A DNA stretch of 64,000 bases from Gemmatales bacterium (GTDB taxonomy: Bacteria > Planctomycetota > Planctomycetia > Gemmatales > HRBIN36), in the NCBI GenBank assembly GCA_041640595.1, contig JBEPZY010000001.1, positions 704,001 to 768,000 on the forward strand. The letters run 5' to 3'. Positions within the stretch are counted from its first letter, which is position 1; the number at the start of each line of letters is the position of its first letter. This document shows, piece after piece, positions 52,235 through 61,375 of the stretch. Position numbers and translations under genes: made by a program. The notes under the pieces were generated by a model. It made no database searches, was not told the origin of the DNA, and worked only from the letters and a program-made list of their open reading frames with translations.

Positions 52235-53107
52235 ATGTGGCGGAAAATACGGGATTTCCTGGAACTGATCCGGTTCAGCCATACGGTGTTCGCTCTGCCG
52301 TTTGCGCTGGCGAGTGCAGTGCTGGCCTGGCGGACTGAGCCATTCCGCTGGCTCGACCTGCTGGGCATACTGGCGTGCATGGTGCTGGCCCGCAGCGCGG
52401 CGATGGGATTCAACCGTCTGGCCGACCGCCATTACGATGCCGCCAACCCGCGGACTGCCGGTCGCCATTTGCCCAGCGGACGGTTGTCGGTTCTGGCGGT
52501 GGGCATTTTTACGGCTGTCTGCAGCGTTGGTTTTCTTGCCGCCACGACGCTGTTCATTTTTTCCAGCGGCAACTGGTGGCCGACATATCTTTCTCTGCCG
52601 GTGCTGCTGTTCATTCTCGGCTACTCGTACACGAAGCGGTTTACGTGGTTGTCGCACTTCTGGCTGGGGGCATCGCTGATGCTGGCCCCCTGGGCGACCT
52701 GGATCGCCATTGCTGGCCGACTCGATTGGCCCGCGGTCTGGCTCGGGGCAGCGGTGCTGTTCTGGGTGGCCGGTTTCGATACCATTTACGCACTTCAGGA
52801 TGTCGAATTTGACCGGCGAGCACGGCTATTGAGTTTCCCCGCCCGCTGGGGAGAAAGGGCAGGGTTGTGGCTGGCGCGAATCTGTCATGCCCTGACGGTG
52901 GTCTGGTTATTGGCGGTGTGGTGGTCGGCCCAGCTGGGCCCGATTTTTCTGGCCGGAATCGCTGCGGTGGCCGGTCTGCTGGTTCTGGAGCACTGGCTGG
53001 TACGTGAGCAAGACCCGGCCCGGATCAATCTCGCCTTTTTCCACGTCAACAGTATCGTAAGTATCGGCGTGCTGGCACTCATCTGTGCCGATGTGCTGCT
53101 GGCGTAG
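52235..53107 (+). CDS. UbiA-like polyprenyltransferase (futalosine-pathway MqnP type)
   Basis: IRFSHTVFALPFA, ARSAAMGFNRLADRHYDAANPRT, YSYTKRF, GFDTIYALQD, FFHVN. Confidence 0.88.
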   Translation: MWRKIRDFLELIRFSHTVFALPFALASAVLAWRTEPFRWLDLLGILACMVLARSAAMGFNRLADRHYDAANPRTAGRHLPSGRLSVLAVGIFTAVCSVGFLAATTLFIFSSGNWWPTYLSLPVLLFILGYSYTKRFTWLSHFWLGASLMLAPWATWIAIAGRLDWPAVWLGAAVLFWVAGFDTIYALQDVEFDRRARLLSFPARWGERAGLWLARICHALTVVWLLAVWWSAQLGPIFLAGIAAVAGLLVLEHWLVREQDPARINLAFFHVNSIVSIGVLALICADVLLA

Positions 53108-53200
53108 GAGAATCTCGCGGCACTGCGATTGGCAAACTGGCCAATTCTCTTTGCTGCTTCCTAACCGGGCTGGCCAACACGAGCGATCTTACGAGCGAAT

Positions 53201-53914
53201 ATGCTACCCATTTGCGATACCATTCCCTCGCGACGGTTTCCTTTAGCGATGTGGTCGCTAATCGGGTTGAACACGGTGGTCTTTTTCCTGGAGCAGATGT
53301 TACGGCCCGCGGAACTGGAAAAGCTGTTCTGGCTTTACGGGATCAATCCGGCGTACACGACCGCGCTGATCCGCGAGGGAGCCTGGCCGGAATTGCTGCA
53401 GGAACTGTACTGCTTCGTGACCAGCATGTTTCTGCACGGTGGCTGGCTGCATTTCCTGAGCAATATGTGGGTGCTTTACCTGTTTGGGGATAATGTCGAA
53501 GACCGCATGGGGCCGGTGCGGTTTTTGCTGTTTTACCTGGTGTGCGGCCTGGTAGCCGGATGGGTGCATGTTTTGTTCAATCCGACCAGCGAAGTACCAA
53601 CGATCGGCGCCAGTGGGGCAATCTCAGGCGTGATGGCGGCGTACTTGTTGCTGTTTCCGAACGCGACGGTCATTACCCTGATTCCCATCTTCATCTTTCC
53701 GTGGTTTGTACCGTTGCCGGCGGTGCTGTTTATCGCCCTGTGGTACTTCACGCAACTATTCGAAGGTGTGCTCTCGCTGTCCGAAGATGTGGCGTTCAGC
53801 GGTGTAGCATGGTGGGCGCATATTGGCGGATTTCTCGCTGGGTTGTCATTAGCGCCTCTATTTGCCCGCCGTCCGCATCGCAAACGCTACGCGGACGAAT
53901 ACGCACCCTGGTGA
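53201..53914 (+). CDS. Rhomboid intramembrane serine protease
   Basis: SMFLHGGWLH..NM, GASGAISG, AWWAHIGGF. Confidence 0.92.
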   Translation: MLPICDTIPSRRFPLAMWSLIGLNTVVFFLEQMLRPAELEKLFWLYGINPAYTTALIREGAWPELLQELYCFVTSMFLHGGWLHFLSNMWVLYLFGDNVEDRMGPVRFLLFYLVCGLVAGWVHVLFNPTSEVPTIGASGAISGVMAAYLLLFPNATVITLIPIFIFPWFVPLPAVLFIALWYFTQLFEGVLSLSEDVAFSGVAWWAHIGGFLAGLSLAPLFARRPHRKRYADEYAPW

Positions 53915-53922
53915 GGCTGAAC

Positions 53923-54753
53923 ATGGGCATCGGAGACATCTTCTGGCTCTTTCTCATGCTGAGCATGATGCAACCGTGGTTACGACAACGGATGCTAGAG
54001 GCAGCCCGCTGGCGGAAAATCGAACAGATCGAGCGTCAGCGGGGCAGCCGAGTTATCGTTCTGATTCACCGGCAGGAGACGCTCAGTTTTCTGGGCATAC
54101 CCATCTTCCGCTACATAGACGTCAACGACGCGGAAGAAGTAATCCGGGCTATCCACCTGACCGACAAAAGCGTGCCCATTGATCTGGTGCTGCACACACC
54201 TGGCGGGCTGGTGCTGGCGAGTCTGCAAATTGCCCGGGCGATCAAGGCCCACCCGGCCAAGGTAACCGTGTTCGTGCCGCACTATGCCATGTCAGGCGGG
54301 ACTTTGATTGCACTGGCTGCGGATGAGATCGTTATGGACAGCCATGCGGTTCTGGGACCGGTGGACCCGCAACTGGGCGAATTTCCTGCCGCTTCCATCG
54401 TCCGAGCGGTGCGGAGCAAGAATGTCAACGATGTCGAAGATCGCACGCTGATCCTGGCCGATGTCGCGGAAAAAGCCCTGGCGCAAATCGAGCGGGAAGT
54501 GCTCGAATTGCTGGAGGGGAAGATGCCGCCAGAACAGGCCCGCCTTCTGGCCAGCAAACTCACCCAGGGTACCTGGACACACGATCATCCAATCAGCTTC
54601 GACGAAGCACGGGAACTCGGTTTACCGGTTTCCAGCAACATGCCTGTGGAGTTCTACGAACTGATGACGCTATTTCCGCAACCGGTTCGCCAGCAGCCGA
54701 CGGTGCAGTATATTCCGCAACCTTACAGGCCAGGTGCCCCCAGCAGCAAATAG
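53923..54753 (+). CDS. SDH family Clp-fold serine proteinase
   Basis: IHRQE, LHTPGG, PHYAMSGGTLIALAADEI, LGPVDPQ, WTHD. Confidence 0.88.
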   Translation: MGIGDIFWLFLMLSMMQPWLRQRMLEAARWRKIEQIERQRGSRVIVLIHRQETLSFLGIPIFRYIDVNDAEEVIRAIHLTDKSVPIDLVLHTPGGLVLASLQIARAIKAHPAKVTVFVPHYAMSGGTLIALAADEIVMDSHAVLGPVDPQLGEFPAASIVRAVRSKNVNDVEDRTLILADVAEKALAQIEREVLELLEGKMPPEQARLLASKLTQGTWTHDHPISFDEARELGLPVSSNMPVEFYELMTLFPQPVRQQPTVQYIPQPYRPGAPSSK

Positions 54754-55174
54754 AGCGATCTCTCCGCCTGACCGATTGTTCAGGCACATTGTGGGTTAGT
54801 CCGCGGCCAGGTTCCCATATCGAGCAGTAGAAGCGGAAAGTGTGGCCGTTAGTCGGTGCCCGTTGACCACGTTATCGCTGCACATACAGGAAAGCCGCTT
54901 CGAATTGGCAACAGGAATCGGTGCAGGCTGGGCGTTACCCAGGCAAAAACCGCTATTGACCGGCACGCACCGGTACATTATTGAGCCGCTCTCTGGCAAG
55001 GGGCCTGTGCGCTCGTCATCTGCGATCGGGGAAAAGACTCGCGCCGTGAAGGCCACCGTTGCCTGGCATCGCAACCCGAAAAGCAACCGCGAAAGCTCAA
55101 AAATCGCTCTGCCGGCAATGCGGGGGACACCGGCAGCGAGCAGGCTTAGGCGGGAAGCACAAGGAGGAAGCACG

Positions 55175-58100
55175 GTGAACAGGGGTCAGTGGCTGGCCTG
55201 GTGGACGAGTGTTGGGCTGGTCATCGGGATTGTGGGCAGCCTGACGGGACAGCAAGCGGATACCGTTACTCGGCCGGCTGGCGCAACCATGCGTCCGGCG
55301 GCGGCGTTGCAGGAAGCCATCAATCTCTACCGCAAAGGCGAGTACGAAGAAGCCGCCAGGTTATTCGAGTTGGCCCAGCAGGGTCGCCAGCAACTCAGTC
55401 CAACCGAGCAGCAACGCCTGGACGAATACCGCAACCGCAATGAGGTGGCTCGTCTCGGTCGCCAGCAGACCCTGCAACAGTTGCAGGCTGCCCAGGAAGC
55501 GGTCAAGAACGGTCAGTGGAACGAGGCCGAGAACCTTCTGAAACAGCTGCGATCTAGCAACTATCTCAAACCGGAAGAACAGGCCCTGGTCAACCAACTG
55601 AGCGATCGCGTAGCTCGCCGGAACAATCGGCGCTGGTCGCTCTTCAACCGTGAAAGCAACGGGACGCGCAGCGACGCCGAGTCGTTGCTGGCGCAGGGGC
55701 GCGAGGCTCTCAAGAATAACGAACTCGACCGAGCCGAGACGCTGGCCCGACAGGCGAAGGAAGCCGGATATTCGGCTATTTTCCCCTGGAGCGATTCCCC
55801 CGACAAACTGCTCCGCGACGTTCAAGCAGCCCGATCGCGTCAGCAACCGGACAACGCCGCTACTGCCGCCACTCCCGATGCGGATCAACTGCTGGCGCAG
55901 GCGCGTGAAGCGTTTCGGCAAGGCGACCTCGACCGCGCCGAACAACTGGCACAGCAGGCCAAACAGGCCGGGCATTCCTCCTGGTTGCCGTGGAGCGATA
56001 CACCCGATAAAGTCCTGCGCGACGTCCAGCAAGCTCGTCGCACCCAAGGGCAGGGGACGCAGCAGCAATTGAAGCTACAGCAAGCTCGCCGACTGCTGAG
56101 CGAGGCCCACCAGGCGGTGCAGCAGGGTGACCTGCCCAAAGCTCGGCAATTGCTTGCCCAGGCCGAACGGTTGCAGGTTACATTGCCTCCTTATGAGCCG
56201 CATACCCCGGAGAAAATCCGCCAGGCCATCGCTCAAGCCGAGCAATCGCAGCGAGCAGCTTCGAACGTTTCGGAGCCGGCTAAGCCTGCCCCATCCACAA
56301 ACCCCAGCGACGCTGAACCTGTGACACGCCAGAATGCGCGTGCGAAACTCAAAGAGGCCCGGCATCTGTTCGAAGCAGGCCAGCTCGACCAGGCGGAGTC
56401 TCTCGCTCGCCGTATCCGGGTGGTTCCTGATTGCCGCTGGGGACTTTTCGAGGACACGCCCGACAAACTGCTCGCGGACATTTACAAAGCTCGTCAAGAA
56501 GCACATCGTCAACAGGCCGACGCTTTACTGGCCCAGGCCCGGCGAAAGCTGGAGCAAGGCCAGTTCGACGAAGCGGAAAAACTCGCTTACCAGGCCCGCG
56601 CTTTACAACCGCGTTATTCCATCTGGCACCGCGGCGAACATCCTGACCGTCTCCTGGCCGAAATCAAAGCGCGTCGCCAGCAGGCCAATCGTCCCCGCAT
56701 CCCGAACGACACTGCTACTGCGAACCAGCAGGCCACTCCGCGACCAGTCGAAGTTTCCCCCGCCAAGCAGCAGGCCCAGATGCTGTTGGTGCAGGCTCGT
56801 GCAGCACTCCAGGCAGGTCAACTTGTGCAGGCTCTGCAACTGGCACGCCAGGCCCGTCAGTATCCGGTTACCTGGGGAGCTGACGAAGATTCACCCGACA
56901 AGATCGAAAAAGCTGTAGAAGCACTGCTGGCCCAGCAACGAGACCGTGATCAACCCGAACAGGCTGCTCGTTTGCGCCAGCAGGCCTTGCTGTTGCTCGC
57001 CGATGCCCGCGAATTGCAACGTCAGGGGCAAGTCCTGCCCGCTATCCGTCGCGCCCGCGAAGCTCAGAAACTTCGTGCTGCCTTTCGCCCCGAAGACGAA
57101 ACTCCCGAACAGGTCTTACTCGATTTGCAAAACCAGGCTCATGGGCACATCGAAACCTTCAGCCGGGCCGCTCACACCTGGAAACAAATGGGCCGCTACT
57201 CTGAAGCGGAACAATGCCTCAAGTATGTCCGCACTTTGCAATCGGAATTACATCTCGACACGTTGCAAACCGATCAGCAATTCGCCGAACTTCAGCGTCT
57301 CCGTCAGGGTGCCCCTGTGGCTCAACTTCCCAACCAGGATGAAGGTCAACGTTTGCTCGAGCAGGCTCGGCGGGAATTGCGCGCCGGGGAACTGGTTCGC
57401 GCCCAGGAACTTGCCCGCCGTGTCTATACCGATCATGCTCACCTCCGCGTCGAAGCCAGCCAGTTGCTCGCGGAGATTGACGATGCCCAATATCGCCAAT
57501 CGGTACGCGAAGCCAATCGTTTCTACGAACTCGGTGTCCGAGCTTATAGCCGTGGCGAATACGCCCAGGCCGCCGCTTATTTCCAGAGCATCAATCCCCG
57601 TTTGCTCGACGAACGCAAACGCACTCACATGCAGGAAATCCTCTCAAGCAAGGAGATGCAGCCACACGCACTGGTACAGGCAGGACAGTTGCCACCAACT
57701 CCAGAAACCGCACCCGGTCAGGCAACCGCCACCGACCGCCCCAAACCTGCCACTACCACTGCCGACAATCTCCTGGACAAGGTGCAGCAACAACGGGAAG
57801 TGGAGTTGCAGCGGCTCCGCCACATCAAACTCGAAGCGGAACGCCAGGCCAATCGCTTCGCACAGAACAACGAACTCGACAAAGCCGTGGAAGTTCTCCA
57901 GCAGGCATTGCACGAAATCAAACATTCGCCCCTGGAGAGCGAAGCTGTCCTGGCTATGCAACGCCAACTCGAGCAGCGCATCCGAACCTTTGAGGCCAGC
58001 CGCCAACAACTGGCCTACGACCGACTCCGCCAGCAGACCTTGCGCGGCTCCAGTCCTCGAGAACGCGAAATTCTCGCCGACATTAACCGCAAGGAGCAGG

Positions 58101-60115
58101 TGGCCCAGCTGATGCAACAATACAGCCAGTATCTCAAAGAGGCCAAGTACAAGGAAGCTGAAGTGGTCGCCATGAAAGCCAAGGAACTTGACCCGGATAA
58201 CCCGGCCACCGAGGCGGCACTTATTCGGGCACGCACGCTACGAGCCCTCAGCGACGAAGAGCGCATTAAGTTCCAGAAAGAGCGCGGATTTGAGCTGGCC
58301 ATGCAGTCGGTCAACGAAGCTTCTGCCGCTCCCGAAAGCGACTGGCAGTACCCCAAAGATTGGGCCGAACGCAACCGCCGCCGCAACAAAGCCATTCAGC
58401 CTATCCGCCCGGAAACTCCGGAAGACAGGGACCTCTACCAGCGGCTCCAGCAGCCGGTCTCCATTGATTTTCGCGATAAGCCGCTCAGCGAAGTGCTCGA
58501 CCATCTTCGTTCCCTGTATGGTATCAACATTGTCCCGGACGAACCCGCTTTGCAGGCCGCTGGTATTTCTTTGAATCAGCCTGTAACCATTCGCCTGGAT
58601 AACCGCCCGCTGCGTACCTGTTTGAACCTCATCTTGCAAAATGCCCGGTTGACCTGGGTGGTGCGCGATGGTGTGTACATCGTTACCACCGAAGAAGGCA
58701 AACGCGGCAAGCTGGTGCAGAAGGTTTACCCGGTGGCTGACCTGATCCTGCCGGTGCAGGATTTCGGTAACGTTGGCAACAATTCCGCCAGCATCCTCAG
58801 CGTGATCCAGCAGAACATGAACAACCAGCAGCCCGCGCTGACAGCGCCGTGGACACTGCCCGGCGGCACTACCGTCAGCCAGGGAAGCATGGCTGGCAGC
58901 ACCTCGCCAGGACAAGCACAGGTCAAAGTCGAACCACCTAAAACCGCCAGCCTCGAGCAAACCCTCATCCGCCTCATCCACGAAACCATTGAACCGAAAA
59001 GTTGGGATGTCGCTGGCGGACCGGGCCACATTGACTACTACCCGCTGGGCATGCAATTGGTGGTCAGCGCAGATCCCGAAATCCAGGAACAGGTCGAACA
59101 ACTGCTTACCCGACTTCGCCAACTGCAGGAGCTACAGGTCACGGTCGAAGTCCGATTCATCACGCTGAGCGAAGCGTTTTACGAACGCATCGGCATTGAC
59201 TTCAATTTCCAGGTGGACGACGACCAGACCCGGTTCGACCGCATGGTGGTGGCCCAATCCTTCGCACCTCCAGGAATGATCAACGAGCCGGACCATCTCG
59301 ACAAAGTAGTAGTTGGCCTGGCGCCCACCGGGGCAGGGTTCAGTCAGGACCTCGATATACCGTTTACCAACAGCAGCTTCAGCAGAGCCATTCCGCCATT
59401 CGGCAACTTCCCCAACGCTGTGGGGAACAACGGCGGCCTTTCCTTCGGTTTTGCATACTTGAGCGACATAGAGGTTTTCCTGTTCATGGAAGCCGCCCAA
59501 GGAGACACCCGCGCTAACGTCATGCAGGCACCCAAAATCACACTTTTCAGCGGACAGACGGCTAACCTGACGGTTCAGGATGTGCAGTTCTTGGTAACTG
59601 GTGCCACTCCGCTGATTGGCCCGTTTGGTCAAGTGACCCTTGTACCGCAGGTACAGCCTTTCCCAACCGGGCTGCAGCTGTTTCTCCAAGCGGTGGTTCA
59701 TTCCGATCGCCGTTACGTTCGCCTCAGTCTCGCCCCGACATTCACCGCCTTGGCTCAGAACATTCCCCTTTTCCCGATCCAGATCAACGTCCCCGTGGTC
59801 AACCCTGACGGCTCCATTTCGCAGGTGCAGCTGACCCAGTTCATTCAGTTGCCAATCGAGTCAATCCTCTCGGTGCAAACAACGGTTATGGTACCGGATG
59901 GCGGAACCGTACTGATGGGCGGTTTCAAAACCCTGTCCGAGGGACGCACCGAATTCGGTCCGCCCATCCTCAGCAAAATTCCGTACCTGAACCGGCTGTT
60001 TACCAACACTGCGTACGGCCGCGAAGCCCGCTCCCTGATGATTATGATCACCCCACGCATCATCATCCCGGAAGAGGAAGAACAATTCCTGGGGCAGCAA
60101 CTGTTGCCGCCCTAA
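55175..60115 (+). CDS. Large secretin (type II/IV secretion GspD/PilQ-like) with N-terminal helical repeats
   Basis: SD AGGAGG and GTG start; signal peptide; QVTVEVRF, QAPKITLF, TTVMVPDGGTVLMGG, PILSKIPYLNRLF, IMITPRII. Confidence 0.88.
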   Translation: MNRGQWLAWWTSVGLVIGIVGSLTGQQADTVTRPAGATMRPAAALQEAINLYRKGEYEEAARLFELAQQGRQQLSPTEQQRLDEYRNRNEVARLGRQQTLQQLQAAQEAVKNGQWNEAENLLKQLRSSNYLKPEEQALVNQLSDRVARRNNRRWSLFNRESNGTRSDAESLLAQGREALKNNELDRAETLARQAKEAGYSAIFPWSDSPDKLLRDVQAARSRQQPDNAATAATPDADQLLAQAREAFRQGDLDRAEQLAQQAKQAGHSSWLPWSDTPDKVLRDVQQARRTQGQGTQQQLKLQQARRLLSEAHQAVQQGDLPKARQLLAQAERLQVTLPPYEPHTPEKIRQAIAQAEQSQRAASNVSEPAKPAPSTNPSDAEPVTRQNARAKLKEARHLFEAGQLDQAESLARRIRVVPDCRWGLFEDTPDKLLADIYKARQEAHRQQADALLAQARRKLEQGQFDEAEKLAYQARALQPRYSIWHRGEHPDRLLAEIKARRQQANRPRIPNDTATANQQATPRPVEVSPAKQQAQMLLVQARAALQAGQLVQALQLARQARQYPVTWGADEDSPDKIEKAVEALLAQQRDRDQPEQAARLRQQALLLLADARELQRQGQVLPAIRRAREAQKLRAAFRPEDETPEQVLLDLQNQAHGHIETFSRAAHTWKQMGRYSEAEQCLKYVRTLQSELHLDTLQTDQQFAELQRLRQGAPVAQLPNQDEGQRLLEQARRELRAGELVRAQELARRVYTDHAHLRVEASQLLAEIDDAQYRQSVREANRFYELGVRAYSRGEYAQAAAYFQSINPRLLDERKRTHMQEILSSKEMQPHALVQAGQLPPTPETAPGQATATDRPKPATTTADNLLDKVQQQREVELQRLRHIKLEAERQANRFAQNNELDKAVEVLQQALHEIKHSPLESEAVLAMQRQLEQRIRTFEASRQQLAYDRLRQQTLRGSSPREREILADINRKEQVAQLMQQYSQYLKEAKYKEAEVVAMKAKELDPDNPATEAALIRARTLRALSDEERIKFQKERGFELAMQSVNEASAAPESDWQYPKDWAERNRRRNKAIQPIRPETPEDRDLYQRLQQPVSIDFRDKPLSEVLDHLRSLYGINIVPDEPALQAAGISLNQPVTIRLDNRPLRTCLNLILQNARLTWVVRDGVYIVTTEEGKRGKLVQKVYPVADLILPVQDFGNVGNNSASILSVIQQNMNNQQPALTAPWTLPGGTTVSQGSMAGSTSPGQAQVKVEPPKTASLEQTLIRLIHETIEPKSWDVAGGPGHIDYYPLGMQLVVSADPEIQEQVEQLLTRLRQLQELQVTVEVRFITLSEAFYERIGIDFNFQVDDDQTRFDRMVVAQSFAPPGMINEPDHLDKVVVGLAPTGAGFSQDLDIPFTNSSFSRAIPPFGNFPNAVGNNGGLSFGFAYLSDIEVFLFMEAAQGDTRANVMQAPKITLFSGQTANLTVQDVQFLVTGATPLIGPFGQVTLVPQVQPFPTGLQLFLQAVVHSDRRYVRLSLAPTFTALAQNIPLFPIQINVPVVNPDGSISQVQLTQFIQLPIESILSVQTTVMVPDGGTVLMGGFKTLSEGRTEFGPPILSKIPYLNRLFTNTAYGREARSLMIMITPRIIIPEEEEQFLGQQLLPP

Positions 60116-60200
60116 TCGCACACGGGCATTGCAATCCTGGTGCACGACGTTCGTCGGGCCGAACATAAGCGACGCCGTCAGCGCCAATACACACATTCAC

Positions 60201-61157
60201 GAGAGCGGCGGGCGTCAGCCCGCCGTGGTTCTGTGAACCGAACGCTGCCCCGCGAGAATCGAACATTGTGCAGCGGCTATCGAACACCCATCCAAGAGCG
60301 GCGGGCGTCAGCCCGCCGTGGTTCGGTAACGCTCTGCAACGGGGTTGATAGTCCACGGCTGGCTTACGCCAGCCGCTCTTGGTGCACGAACGGACGTTTG
60401 ATGCAACATACGCTTGTCGCAATATGGACACGCACATTCGCAAGAGCGGCGGGCGTCAGCCCGCCGTGGTTCGGTAACGAGACGGGCCTGCAATGCACAC
60501 CGAACCATGTTCGCCCATTAACGACTACCGAACGAAGAGCGGCGGGCGTCAGCCCGCCGTGGTTCGGGAATCGCACCGGCAACGGCGAGCGTGTCTTGCC
60601 GAACGTGGATGCTCGCATGCCACGGGGGGCTTACGCCCCCCGCTCTTGTGTTGCCGTGCGAATGTCTGTCGACGAAAAAGCGATTTTTGCGATGGACGAA
60701 CGCATGTTCACAAGAGCGGCGGGCGTCAGCCCGCCGTGGTTCGGTAACGAGACGGGCCTGCAATGCACACCGAACCATGTTCGCCCACTAACGACTACCG
60801 AACGAAGAGCGGCGGGCGTCAGCCCGCCGTGATTCGGTAACGCTCTGCAACGGGGTTGATAGTCCACGGCTGGCTTACGCCAGCCGCTCTTGGTGCACGA
60901 ACGGACGTTTGATGCAACATACGCTTGTCGCAATATGGACACGCACATTCGCAGGAGCGGCGGGCGTTAGCCCGCCGTGGTTCGGAACGAGACGGGCCTG
61001 CAATGCACACCGAACCATGTTCACCCACTAACGACTAACCGAACGAAGAGCGGCGGGCGTCAGCCCGCCGTGGTTCGATGACGCATTTGCACTGGCCAGC
61101 GTTTTTCGCTGAACCAAAACGCGCGCGTCGCACGGCTGGCTCGCGCCAGCCGCTCCT
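60201..61157. repeat. REP-like palindromic mosaic array (8 direct + 4 inverted units)
   Basis: Unit AAGAGCGGCGGGCGTCAGCCCGCCGTGGTTC at about 60201, 60294, 60442, 60535, 60712, 60805, 60953, 61046. Inverted variants at 60354, 60621, 60865, 61131. Linkers are themselves duplicated. Confidence 0.9.
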
Positions 61158-61313
61158 GGTCGGGAGCGTGAGCGCTGCGCAAAGTATGCGTATCCCATCT
61201 GCGGGTTCGATACGTTTTCCCGGCTGGCTCACACTTGTTTCGCCCAAAAGAGAACCACGTGCTCCAGGAGCGGAACGATGAAGGGCGGTCCCTGCACTTG
61301 CCGTTGGCCCAAC

Positions 61314-61347
61314 AAAAAGGGAGGAGGCTTGAGGATTGCCTCCTCCC
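61314..61347 (-). terminator. Intrinsic terminator after the alpha-2-macroglobulin gene
   Basis: Minus strand GGGAGGAGGC-9 nt-GCCTCCTCCC followed by TTTTT. Confidence 0.8.
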
Positions 61348-61375
61348 GTGGTGTGGCGAGCCAGCTTCCGGTCAG

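Noticed and set aside
60201..61157. CRISPR array
   Set aside because: Units occur in both orientations, spacing is irregular, linkers are duplicated rather than unique, and there are no cas genes in the window.
60063..61281. ORFs across the repeat array (e.g. 60140..60832)
   Set aside because: Translations are just the repeat unit (RAAGVSPPW / HGGLTPAAL); no independent coding evidence.
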